Part shown: in pieces, positions 9,086 to 18,742 of the stretch
Layout: each line of letters starts with the position of its first letter
Position numbering within the stretch: position 1 is the first letter of the stretch
DNA from: a virus
Length of the DNA: 64,000 nt
Strand: one strand, 5' to 3'
Virus record (IMG/VR): IMGVR_UViG_3300044797_000185
Span: 32,001-96,000 of that record
The notes under the pieces: generated by a model
The model's database searches: none
The model's input: only the letters and a program-made list of their open reading frames with translations
What the model was told of the DNA's origin: nothing
Position numbers and translations under genes: made by a program

Positions 9086-9994
9086 ATGAAACAGCGATTA
9101 AATTTAGAAGGGCAAAAATTTGGATTGTGGTTTGTAGTTAAGTATTTCCATCAGGATAAATGGAGAACTGCTTTATGGGAATGTCTATGTGATTGTGGCA
9201 GTATAAGATTTCTTAAAACAGATACTTTGATAAAAGGTAAGTCTTCTTCATGTGGGTGTTTCCGAAGTAAACGAATGGCACACCAAAATAAGAAACTTTT
9301 TACAACACATGGATTTTCTTCTAGAAATAATAAAATATCCCGTAAATTTTACAGAGCATGGCAAGGAATGCTAGATAGATGTTTAAATAAAAATGGTGAA
9401 TTTTATTATAGATATGGAGGTCGTGGCATTAAGGTTTGTGATGAATGGTTAACATTTGAAGGTTTTAAAGAAGATATGTATGAATCATATTTAAAACATG
9501 GTAAAGATTTTGGTTTTGGAAGAAGTACAACCTTAGATCGTATCGAAGTAAATGGTAATTATTGTAGAGAAAATTGTAGATGGCTTACACAGGCAGAACA
9601 AATGCTTAATACTTCTGTTACAGCCAATGTTAAAGATCATGTTTCCTTTATAAAATTTAGACTTTCTTTAGAACGATTTATTCTCTATATTTTATTTGAA
9701 AATAGAGATTTTTTTAAAGCAACAATTAAAAAATGTGTTGATCTTACAGGATGTACTCCAATTGAACTTAAAGAGTATATTGCTTCTCAATTTAAAGATG
9801 GTATGACTTGGGATAATCATGGTCTTTATTCAAAACAATATCCAAAAGTATGGAATATTGATCATATTATACCTGTAAAAGATTTTGATCTTTCCTTAGA
9901 ATTAGAGCGTAAACTTTGTTTTAACTATAAAAATTTACGACCTTTATGGGGTAAAGATAACAATGTTAAAAGATGCCACACATCAAAAGTTTAA
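9086..9994 (+). CDS. HNH homing endonuclease with two HNH-type domains
   Basis: WECLCDCG..SCGC, YGGRGIKVCDEW..TLDRIEVNGNYCRENCRW, then MTWDNHG..IDHIIP..NYKNLRPLW..N. Confidence 0.85.
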   Translation: MKQRLNLEGQKFGLWFVVKYFHQDKWRTALWECLCDCGSIRFLKTDTLIKGKSSSCGCFRSKRMAHQNKKLFTTHGFSSRNNKISRKFYRAWQGMLDRCLNKNGEFYYRYGGRGIKVCDEWLTFEGFKEDMYESYLKHGKDFGFGRSTTLDRIEVNGNYCRENCRWLTQAEQMLNTSVTANVKDHVSFIKFRLSLERFILYILFENRDFFKATIKKCVDLTGCTPIELKEYIASQFKDGMTWDNHGLYSKQYPKVWNIDHIIPVKDFDLSLELERKLCFNYKNLRPLWGKDNNVKRCHTSKV

Positions 9995-9996
9995 AA

Positions 9997-10158
9997 ATGA
10001 ATCAAATTCCTTGTAAGAATTGCTATAAAAATATTGAAGAGCATTCGCAAGGTCTTAATTGTCTATTAAAATATGAATATGGTTGGGCATTGAAAGGCAC
10101 ACCATATGAACCATTTTCAAATCTCGATTATTTAGAATTTAAATATTTAAACAAGTAG
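9997..10158 (+). CDS. Cys/His miniprotein, NLxYLE family
   Basis: MNQIPCKNC...H...SNLDYLEFKYLNK. Confidence 0.6.
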   Translation: MNQIPCKNCYKNIEEHSQGLNCLLKYEYGWALKGTPYEPFSNLDYLEFKYLNK

Positions 10159-10196
10159 TTCCAACCTAAGTAGTAAATTCCAAGAGGTAAATTCCA

Positions 10197-11954
10197 TTGG
10201 CAGATCTATTAGGCCCTTCTGGGCAACCATTGCAACCTAATCCATTTCAAACAGGACAATCTTCTCTTCCTTTAAATACAACCCAGGCTCAAAGAGCTAT
10301 GGCTGACTTACAGAAGAGTATGGATGGTCTTCTTGGATCATTTAAGACTAATTGGGATAAGGCTACTCAGGAACGTCTTCATGCAGAAGAAACGTTTTTT
10401 CGTTCCGTTGATAAACTTTCTAAATCCAATCACGCTAACCTATTGCGTCAAAAAGATGAATATATATCCAAAATTAAACAAGAAGCAAGTGCCCAATTAG
10501 ATGCCTATCAAAAAGAAGTATCTGAAGGTAAAAGATCTGCTGAAGAATTAGCTTCATTTCGAACAGCTAAAGCGGTTGAAGTAAATAAAAAAGTTGTTGA
10601 AGCTGAACGAGATGTTAATAGAAAGCGTACTGAGGAACTTAAAAAAAGTGGTTTTCTATCCCAGTCAGGACAATTTTTAGGTCAAGTTGGTGGTCATATT
10701 GGTGGTGTATCTGGAGCTGCCATTTCTGGTGTTGGAAGTGCTCTTGGACTTCTAGCCAATCCTGCTTTTGATGTAGCTGCCATCATAGGTTTAGCTGTAG
10801 CAGCAGCTTTTAAAATAGGTGAGCAAGAGGCCCAAAAGGTACGAATAGGGGCTTCCTTGGCTTCTGGAGGCTTTGGAATAGGGGCTGGAGGAAGAGCAGC
10901 TGCTGGAATAGAGGGTGGAGGGTTATTCGGTCCCCTTTTTGGTAGTGCTTTAAGTGCCAAAGATCAAGAACGTCTTGTTGGAACAATGGCAACTTCTCCT
11001 CAATTATTGCAGGGGGCTACTTCCTCAAATAAAGATTTTTTGGATACTATGGGATTATTCGCTAATGTAATGCCAGATTCCACCGAAATTATAAAAGAAA
11101 TGGTTCGAGAGTCTAATTCCTTGGGCATGTCTTTTAAACAAATGCAACAGACTTTTACGAGTGTTCGTGTAAATCAGCATACACTTAATAGTAGCTTTTC
11201 AGACACTATAAATACACAGCTTGCTATGCAGAAATCATTACGTAATCTTACTAATGATACAGGTGTAGCAGCAAGTCTTATTAATAATCTTGGAACCTAT
11301 TTTGATAAGATTAAAGCTAATCCTGAAGAACGTCAAAGAATGGCTTCTGGTTTTGCCGCTGGCATTGCTAATCTTTCTCTTTCTCAAATCGTTGGTATGG
11401 CTGGATTTATTGGAGGCGGTAAACTTCCAACTCATGATCAATTGTTTGGAGGATCTAATCCTTTAGTTGGTGCAGGAACTCCTGCTTTGTTAGGTAATTT
11501 TCTATCTAAAGTAGGAGCACAGGCTGGCCCAAGAGGAACTATACAATCTGATTTAGTTGCAGATCAGTTAAGACAACAATTCTTACAAGGATCTCGTCTA
11601 CAAGATGTAGGAAGTTTCTTTCAAGCAGTAGATGCATTAAAAGCAGGTAAGATTACCTCTGCACAATTTGGTAAAAAGTTTGAAACTTTGGAAAAGAATA
11701 CCCCTCAAGGACTTATGGCTGAGGGTATTCAAAAACTTGGAGCTGTTTTAGGACCAGAAGGGCAATTTGAAAAATTTCTAAGTGCCTTTTTTACTAAGAT
11801 GATTGAAGACTTGGAAATTATTGCAGGTAAAAGAGATGGTCCTGGGGTTAGCAGAGTTAAGCATATTGTTTCTGAAGTAACAGGGGCTCATTCTAAGAAA
11901 GATTTAGCTAAAAAAATTATAGGAACTACGTTACATATCGCTTCAAATGTATAA
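10197..11954 (+). CDS. Tape measure protein (putative)
   Basis: TTG start with SD gaggt; long helical Ala/Gly/Gln-rich protein with hydrophobic G/A-rich segment; position after chaperone and before baseplate. Confidence 0.75.
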   Translation: MADLLGPSGQPLQPNPFQTGQSSLPLNTTQAQRAMADLQKSMDGLLGSFKTNWDKATQERLHAEETFFRSVDKLSKSNHANLLRQKDEYISKIKQEASAQLDAYQKEVSEGKRSAEELASFRTAKAVEVNKKVVEAERDVNRKRTEELKKSGFLSQSGQFLGQVGGHIGGVSGAAISGVGSALGLLANPAFDVAAIIGLAVAAAFKIGEQEAQKVRIGASLASGGFGIGAGGRAAAGIEGGGLFGPLFGSALSAKDQERLVGTMATSPQLLQGATSSNKDFLDTMGLFANVMPDSTEIIKEMVRESNSLGMSFKQMQQTFTSVRVNQHTLNSSFSDTINTQLAMQKSLRNLTNDTGVAASLINNLGTYFDKIKANPEERQRMASGFAAGIANLSLSQIVGMAGFIGGGKLPTHDQLFGGSNPLVGAGTPALLGNFLSKVGAQAGPRGTIQSDLVADQLRQQFLQGSRLQDVGSFFQAVDALKAGKITSAQFGKKFETLEKNTPQGLMAEGIQKLGAVLGPEGQFEKFLSAFFTKMIEDLEIIAGKRDGPGVSRVKHIVSEVTGAHSKKDLAKKIIGTTLHIASNV

Positions 11955-11970
11955 TAAAAGGTAAAAATAA

Positions 11971-12468
11971 ATGGCAACAATTTATCCATTACAGCTTAAT
12001 GGTCTTAATTTCTTCGTAAATCCTCGCAATATGAAGATTTCAAAATCAGTAGCATTTTCTCCTCTACCTACGCAGAGCGGAGTACAATATCAAGTTTGGT
12101 ACAACGCTCCCGAAATGCTTTCTATTAGTGGAGCTTCTGCTGGTCAAACTGCTTACCAAGAACTTCTTTTCTTAAAACAGAATTTTGAAAAGAATGATAA
12201 GCTTAGTACTCTTTTTTATAAGACTCAGCTTTATCAAGGTTTTATAACGTTGCTAGATGTTGAGGCTTCCACAAGCCATTTAAATGAATTTACCTATCAA
12301 TTAAATTTTCAATTATTGACAGGTCAACAGTTTGCCATTGAAGATTTTTCGATTTCTACAACTAATAACGGATTAGTATTAGGAGCAATTGCTAATTTAC
12401 AAAAAGTTTTAAATATCCCACTTAATCAGGCAAACGCAAAGATTAACAGTCTTTTACAGAAATTTTAA
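11971..12468 (+). CDS. Putative tail tube initiator / baseplate-tube junction protein
   Basis: Follows tape measure; FFVNPRNMKISK pattern typical of such proteins. Confidence 0.55.
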   Translation: MATIYPLQLNGLNFFVNPRNMKISKSVAFSPLPTQSGVQYQVWYNAPEMLSISGASAGQTAYQELLFLKQNFEKNDKLSTLFYKTQLYQGFITLLDVEASTSHLNEFTYQLNFQLLTGQQFAIEDFSISTTNNGLVLGAIANLQKVLNIPLNQANAKINSLLQKF

Positions 12469-12662
12469 TGATTGGTTTTCCTTGTGATTGTGGACATATA
12501 AAAAAAGATCACGAAGCTTCTCTAATAGAACCTGAATATTGGCAATGGCCAAGAAAAAATCTTTGTGGGGAATGTAATTGTATTGGATATATAATTATGT
12601 CTAATTTAAAATATTTAGCGCAACGATACGAAGAGAGTATAAAAAATGGCAACTCCAGATAA
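12468..12662 (+). CDS. Cys/His miniprotein, NLxYLE family
   Basis: FPCDCGHIKKDH...CGECNC..Y..SNLKYLAQRYE; overlaps both neighbours. Confidence 0.65.
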   Translation: MIGFPCDCGHIKKDHEASLIEPEYWQWPRKNLCGECNCIGYIIMSNLKYLAQRYEESIKNGNSR

Positions 12663-14823
12663 TAATCAAACTAATATTGAAGCACTTCAAGCAAAAGTGT
12701 TTCTCTATAAATATACAAGTCCTCTTGTACAACAAACTTCGCAGATATCTACTTTATCTGCTTTTACACCATATACAACTGTGTTAGATGATACACAATT
12801 TTATACTAAGTATGATATTACTGATTTCCTTGTGTCTTATTCCTTTGAACAAGATATCAATCAGACAACATATGCATGGACAATAGAATTACAAGATTTA
12901 GCTTTAAGTTATGGTACTATTGATAATAAGCTTAAGGTAAAAGCTCCTAATGGTTCTGTAGGTAGTAATACAACGGGATTAGCCTTTTCCACGGATACCA
13001 ATTCCCTTACACGTCTTGCCCAGTATGAGTTAAATGCTTCTTCCGATACTACAATAGACTTAAATATTGTAGAATCTGCAAAGAAGGCTAGAGGTATGGC
13101 TCCAGCAAGTCTTACAGTTCAGAGTAGTAATTTAAATACGGTACTTTCCACTGTTCCTGGTTTAAGACTTAGTGATTTGATTCAAGAATATGATTTTATT
13201 TCTGTGTATTTGTATAAAAATACAACACCACTTGATGAATTAACTGGTGCAGTAATTGTTCAAAATGGATTTCCTATTTTTGTTCCCGCATTATCAGGTA
13301 GAGCTTTAAGTCCTACAGATTTACAGAATGAAACAGTTTTGCTATCCGTTGGATCGAATGGTAATCCCTTATTTTCTAACGAATTGAATGGTTATGTAAT
13401 GCATAAGTCCATAGCTAGTGCAATAAATTCTGTGGATCGTCTCGTCTTAACAGGTAATGGATGGACTCGATTATTTGGTGCAAGTAGACGAGCCATAAAA
13501 CCTTCTCTATTCCAGGGGTCATTGTATACACAAGGGCAGCTTCTTTCTCTTGGTGATATTTCAGCTACTCAATCAGTCTATGCTGGGCAACCAATTTTTA
13601 TAATTTTAAGAGATTTATTTGATTTGCTTTATAGAATTGACTTTCAATCTACAAATTTTAGTGAAACAACTGAACTTGGGAATAGCTTTTTTAATATTTC
13701 TTCTATACTTGTGGCTAATTCTACTCAATTAGGTCCTTCTAATTTATTTAATATACCACAGTACTTGTTAGCATCTGTAATGAAAAGACGTAATTTTACT
13801 TATGCACAACCACAAGATCTTGAATCCTTTACAGATGATATTGTAACACAATTTCCAGCTGGAATGCAGATTCCTCCTGACCAATATCAACAAGCTGTCG
13901 TAAATGAAGCAGGTCAAACAAGAAATACTACAGGGTTTATTCCAGTGGTTATTAATCCTGATATTCAGCAGCTTCAAACATATTTTCAATTTTTAGATTC
14001 TGCTTATAGAAATTTTAGTCCTGACACAAAGACACCCTATGAAATTATTGATGAGATTCGCAATCTTAGTTTTATAGAATTATTTGAAGCCCCAACGGGT
14101 CAATTTTTTATCCGTTCCCCACAGTATAATAATACCACTATTTATGACCCCACAAAGCCTACTACTGCTTTAAATCGATATGATATAAATATGGTTCGAA
14201 GTAGCAGTTTAAATATTATTTCTTCTAACTACTCAGAAGAGGTTGAAAACTTAATTTCCAAAGTGTTTACTGGGTATGCTGCTAATTTTTTACCTGAAGG
14301 AACATTGCAGGGAATGGAACAATTCGCTTATTGTGATGGGAAACTTCTTTCACAATTTGGACTTATGGAAACAACAACTCAAGCTAATCCAAATATTAAT
14401 TTACAGTCTTCAACAAATGATACTGTAAATAATACAAAAACCAATGGGCTGTTCGAATATTCTCAATATATCCTAAGATTAATGAATGCTAAATTAAAAG
14501 TAGGAACTATACTTTGTGATTTAGATCCCACTATTCAAGTAGGTTATACATTTTTTGATGAAGTAAAGTATAAATTTGGTTATATAAATCATATTTCAAA
14601 ACATGTATCCGTAACTGGAACTGCTACAATGTCTCTTTCATTAACTTATGTTCGAGATGCAATTCCGACTTCAGCTAATGCAACACAGGGAAGTGGTTCC
14701 TCCAATCAAGGTATTTCAGCAGGACAACTCTCAATCATTACTTCTGGTAATTTTGGTGTTCAGGTTGAACAATTGCCAGTTTTAACGGATATTGAAAATG
14801 CGTTTAATACCACAGGATCTTAA
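12646..14823 (+). CDS. Baseplate hub protein (putative)
   Basis: Position; FEAPTGQFFIRSP and GYINHISKHVSVTGTATMSLSLTYVR patterns resemble hub (gpD/gp27-like) proteins. Confidence 0.6.
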   Translation: MATPDNNQTNIEALQAKVFLYKYTSPLVQQTSQISTLSAFTPYTTVLDDTQFYTKYDITDFLVSYSFEQDINQTTYAWTIELQDLALSYGTIDNKLKVKAPNGSVGSNTTGLAFSTDTNSLTRLAQYELNASSDTTIDLNIVESAKKARGMAPASLTVQSSNLNTVLSTVPGLRLSDLIQEYDFISVYLYKNTTPLDELTGAVIVQNGFPIFVPALSGRALSPTDLQNETVLLSVGSNGNPLFSNELNGYVMHKSIASAINSVDRLVLTGNGWTRLFGASRRAIKPSLFQGSLYTQGQLLSLGDISATQSVYAGQPIFIILRDLFDLLYRIDFQSTNFSETTELGNSFFNISSILVANSTQLGPSNLFNIPQYLLASVMKRRNFTYAQPQDLESFTDDIVTQFPAGMQIPPDQYQQAVVNEAGQTRNTTGFIPVVINPDIQQLQTYFQFLDSAYRNFSPDTKTPYEIIDEIRNLSFIELFEAPTGQFFIRSPQYNNTTIYDPTKPTTALNRYDINMVRSSSLNIISSNYSEEVENLISKVFTGYAANFLPEGTLQGMEQFAYCDGKLLSQFGLMETTTQANPNINLQSSTNDTVNNTKTNGLFEYSQYILRLMNAKLKVGTILCDLDPTIQVGYTFFDEVKYKFGYINHISKHVSVTGTATMSLSLTYVRDAIPTSANATQGSGSSNQGISAGQLSIITSGNFGVQVEQLPVLTDIENAFNTTGS

Positions 14824-14825
14824 TC

Positions 14826-15890
14826 ATGTCTGGAAATGATTACAAAATTTTTCAAGCACAAGTTTTAAATAAAGATCCAATTAATCCTAGGCAATATACA
14901 GTTGTTCAAATTCCTGATGGGTATAAATTGGTTGGTGTTCAGTTGCCAAGTGCCCTCAAAGATCAAAGTGCTCCATTGCTTGGTAGTGTGGTATTAGTAA
15001 TTCAATTAGATGCATACAGAGCTTATATTCTTTCTGTTTTACGTGAACCCTTCAATTTTTTAGATTCTAATAATCAATTTCGCGGATTTATTCCAGACAT
15101 AGATGCTCAAAGTGCTAATCCAATTCAAGATGGTGAAATATACATGGAAGCTACAGGTCCTGCATCCCCAACAGGAGAAGGAATCCCAGGATTTGGTGCT
15201 GCTTTATACTTAGGCAATAATGGATGTGCTCAGATTCAATCAGGCTCAATGGGGGAACAGTTAATTGTTGGTGGCACAGCATCTGATGACGATCATGAAG
15301 TAATTCTTTCCGCAGATAATGGATTCGTAGAATCAAATCCTAATGAAGTAACAAATATACGAAGTACTTATAATTGGGATGATCTAAATAACATTGAGTT
15401 TGGAAATGTACTTACAAATCCAGCAACCATTGCTACAATTCCCATAGCTGAGATGACGATTGATAGTGTTGGCAATATAAATTTGTTTAATACGGCCTTT
15501 GGTACTGGATTGAAACTTGCTTCCTTAACAATGGATGCTACTGGTGGTGTATCTATTTCTTCAGGCGTGGCAGGAGTTCCAAAGGCAACAATTACTTTAG
15601 AACCTGTTGGAACAATAGCTCTTAATGGTGGAAATGCTGGAGCTGCTGGAGTGGCAAGATTAAATGATTTAGTTACTTCAAATATTTCTATCGATCCTAT
15701 TTTTTGGCCAATGATTACGGCTCTTCAAACATTTTTCATAGCTTTATCTGGATTTCAAGGAAGTAGTCCTGTTTTGCAATCTCAACTTGGAATTTTAGGA
15801 GCAGCATTTTTAACACAAGTGCCAGCAGCTCCTACTTCACTTACATCTAAGATATCTTCATCATCTCTTTCTGTAACGGCGGGTAATTAA
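14826..15890 (+). CDS. Baseplate spike protein (gpV-like, putative)
   Basis: N-terminal OB-fold-like segment (PLLGSVVLV), beta-repeat middle, GVARLND motif. Confidence 0.6.
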   Translation: MSGNDYKIFQAQVLNKDPINPRQYTVVQIPDGYKLVGVQLPSALKDQSAPLLGSVVLVIQLDAYRAYILSVLREPFNFLDSNNQFRGFIPDIDAQSANPIQDGEIYMEATGPASPTGEGIPGFGAALYLGNNGCAQIQSGSMGEQLIVGGTASDDDHEVILSADNGFVESNPNEVTNIRSTYNWDDLNNIEFGNVLTNPATIATIPIAEMTIDSVGNINLFNTAFGTGLKLASLTMDATGGVSISSGVAGVPKATITLEPVGTIALNGGNAGAAGVARLNDLVTSNISIDPIFWPMITALQTFFIALSGFQGSSPVLQSQLGILGAAFLTQVPAAPTSLTSKISSSSLSVTAGN

Positions 15891-15891
15891 C

Positions 15892-16362
15892 ATGGCTTCT
15901 TTATCTCAATGTGTAATTACATTCATTAAAAATATACTTTGTGCTAATCCTATCCTTAAGAGTACATTTAAAACTTTTTTGAATAGCCAAATTTTATTAG
16001 CCCAAGAACAGATTTCGCTTATTTCGGCTCAAATTCTTAGACTTGATATTTTAAATTCTTTTGCTCAATTAGAAATTCAAACTCTTAAAACTGTACAGAA
16101 TCAAATACAAGCAGATCTTAATGTTGTATTCGGACCTATGAGTGGTTATGCATCCTGCCCTGAAATAGGTCAAATTCTTGCTCAGGCGCAGAGTGGGTCT
16201 ACTGCCAAAGCCCTCGCCGCCCTACAAAATTTGATATATACTTATAATCGCAGACAATACGTTGCTAATGCTCTTACTGCTGAGCAAAAACAGTTACAAA
16301 ATTATGTACAAACCGCGCAGAACATTTTGAATAACATCGATAATGTTTGTGCAAACTCTTAA
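15892..16362 (+). CDS. Hypothetical helical protein in baseplate cluster
   Basis: ORF with tight spacing to neighbours; no recognised motif. Confidence 0.55.
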   Translation: MASLSQCVITFIKNILCANPILKSTFKTFLNSQILLAQEQISLISAQILRLDILNSFAQLEIQTLKTVQNQIQADLNVVFGPMSGYASCPEIGQILAQAQSGSTAKALAALQNLIYTYNRRQYVANALTAEQKQLQNYVQTAQNILNNIDNVCANS

Positions 16363-16373
16363 GGAGAATTACT

Positions 16374-16850
16374 TTGTCCGATCTACAGTTGGCCGTAAAA
16401 AATCAACCTGGAGTAGTACAATATCCTCCACAACAAGGCAACCCCAATTTCTATTTCGGAGAACAGACAAATGATCTTCAGATAGGTAGCAATAATGATT
16501 TTACTTTGGTGATGGGTCTTACTGAAACGATTCAAGACGTACAAAAGATTCTTCTCACAGAACAAGGTGCAAATACTAGCTTTCCTTTGTATGGTACAAC
16601 TCTTCAAAATTTAATTGGTAACAAGATGAATTTAAATACTATAAGTGGATCAGTTCAAGATCAGATCACAACTGCTTTACAAATTTTATTTTTACTTACG
16701 CAAAATAGATCAAATCCAGCAGAAGTTGTACAAACATTGTATTCATTAAGCACGACTATTCAGGGTGAAACAAATATCTCTTCCCTTCTTACCGTAATTG
16801 CTGCATCAGGACAGGAAATTACGACAGGTGTGAACATAGGTAGTATTTAA
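16374..16850 (+). CDS. Baseplate wedge protein, gp25/gpW-like
   Basis: TTG start after SD aggag (track extends to 16347); QDVQKILLTEQG..FPLYGTTL motif; precedes baseplate J. Confidence 0.75.
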   Translation: MSDLQLAVKNQPGVVQYPPQQGNPNFYFGEQTNDLQIGSNNDFTLVMGLTETIQDVQKILLTEQGANTSFPLYGTTLQNLIGNKMNLNTISGSVQDQITTALQILFLLTQNRSNPAEVVQTLYSLSTTIQGETNISSLLTVIAASGQEITTGVNIGSI

Positions 16851-16861
16851 AGGATTAAATT

Positions 16862-18730
16862 ATGGCCCTTCCCAATTTTTCACAAATTGTTTCTAGCATG
16901 ATAGCCTTTTTACAAGGTTCTAGACCTGACATAGCAACTCAAGTCGGGAGTGTCACCAATGATGTAGTTATATCTACGGTTGCCAACCAATTGTCGGCTG
17001 AGGATGGAACTGATCCAAGTGTATACTCTTCAATTCAGTATACTCAAAATCTTCAAGCTTTCGTAGAGAATGCAGCAACAATTCTTCCCGCAGATTTAGA
17101 TGCTATTGGTAATAATTATGGAATGGTTCGAAATCCAGGCACACAATCTGTTGGAACTATAACCTTTCGTATTCGTAATTATACAACCACAAGTCCAATT
17201 GTCATAGTTCCTTCTGGAACAGTTGTTTCTACGTTAGCTACTACTCAATCTCCTGCAATTGCATTTGCAACAACTGCAACAGTTACTTTCTCTCCTTCTC
17301 TTGCTCCAAGTTACTTTAATCCCGTAACTGGTTTTTATGAGCAATCTACTACAATTGTTTGTCAGACTATAGGAGCTATTGGTAATGTTGGTGCACAAAC
17401 GATTACCTCACTTGTGTCTTCAGTTTCTGGCATTGATGCTGTAACTAATAATACGGCTGCTACTGGTGGTACAGATATTGAAAGCAATACGGCTTTTGCT
17501 GACCGCATCCAGATTAAACTTGAAGGAAATAACGTGGGCACTCCCAATGGAATCATTAGTCTTATGGAGACTAATCCAAACGTTATTCAAGCACTTATTG
17601 TTGGACCAAATGATCCTAATCCTCCAGCCCGAAATCAATATGGTGGAAGCGTTAATGTTTATATTAGAGGACAAATTCCCGTAACGGTATTAAATGAATC
17701 CTTTACTTATTCTACAACAGGAAGTCAACAATATATTTTGTTGAATCAACCAGCCCTATCAGTTGGTTCTGTGACAGGCATTGTCGATGGCAGTCCTTAT
17801 ACCTTCGTTCCTGGTGTTGATTATAATTTTATAGAAAATCCAAATAGTTTATATGCAGGAAGTATTAACGCTGGTAGCTATATTAATTTTAATGTTCTAA
17901 CATTTTTTAATATTGTAGTAGTTGGTCTTCCTTTTACAGTTACCACTGTTACTGATGCAATTCACCTAGTAGTTAATAGTACAGCTGGTATGACAGCAGG
18001 TGATACAATCGTACAGGGAGTAAATACAACCACAATTGCAGTTGGTGGTGTGGTAGATGCTACACATTTGACAGTAGGTTCTACAACGGGTTGGCTTGGT
18101 AGTGGAACTCCAGCCGCTGATACATCAGTACCACAACTAACAGTAAATACAACAAGTGGTATGAATCCTGGGGATACAATCGTACAAGGATCTTTCTCTA
18201 CTACAGTTACTACTGTTACTGATTCTACACATTTAGTTGTTGGTAGTATATCTGGATTAGGGACTGGGAGTGCTCAATTTTCAGGATTTAGACCAGATAA
18301 TAATACAGTTGTTTCTATCAATTATACGTATGATAGTCTGATTGCCACACTTCAAGCTCTTTTGGATAATAATTCTAATCATATTGTTGGTTCCGATATT
18401 TTGGTATTTGAGGCAATTGAAGCTTTTATTAATGTAACGATGGGTCTTTTGATAGTACCAGGATATGTTCCCGCTACAGTTGTTGCAAATGTGCAAACTG
18501 CCTTGACAGATTATATAAATGCCCTTGGCCTTGGGGCTGTCGTTGTTTTGAGTGAACTAGTTGCTATTGCCCAAGATGTACCTGGAGTATCAGAAGTTGA
18601 TCTCAGCAGTCTCATTCTTCAATCAGTAGAAAATGGTATTACCACAACAATTCCACCTGGGCAACAAATTTCTGTCGGTAATGAAGCGTATACTGTAACA
18701 AATACCTTAAATATTTCAGTAGAAGCGTAA
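16862..18730 (+). CDS. Baseplate J-like protein with inserted beta modules
   Basis: LDAIGNNYGMVR, GAIGNVGAQTIT, GGTDIESNTAFADRI, GTPNGI, INALGLG..LSEL motifs; DxxHLxV repeats at about 17930-18275. Confidence 0.88.
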   Translation: MALPNFSQIVSSMIAFLQGSRPDIATQVGSVTNDVVISTVANQLSAEDGTDPSVYSSIQYTQNLQAFVENAATILPADLDAIGNNYGMVRNPGTQSVGTITFRIRNYTTTSPIVIVPSGTVVSTLATTQSPAIAFATTATVTFSPSLAPSYFNPVTGFYEQSTTIVCQTIGAIGNVGAQTITSLVSSVSGIDAVTNNTAATGGTDIESNTAFADRIQIKLEGNNVGTPNGIISLMETNPNVIQALIVGPNDPNPPARNQYGGSVNVYIRGQIPVTVLNESFTYSTTGSQQYILLNQPALSVGSVTGIVDGSPYTFVPGVDYNFIENPNSLYAGSINAGSYINFNVLTFFNIVVVGLPFTVTTVTDAIHLVVNSTAGMTAGDTIVQGVNTTTIAVGGVVDATHLTVGSTTGWLGSGTPAADTSVPQLTVNTTSGMNPGDTIVQGSFSTTVTTVTDSTHLVVGSISGLGTGSAQFSGFRPDNNTVVSINYTYDSLIATLQALLDNNSNHIVGSDILVFEAIEAFINVTMGLLIVPGYVPATVVANVQTALTDYINALGLGAVVVLSELVAIAQDVPGVSEVDLSSLILQSVENGITTTIPPGQQISVGNEAYTVTNTLNISVEA

Positions 18731-18742
18731 GAGGATAAAAAT

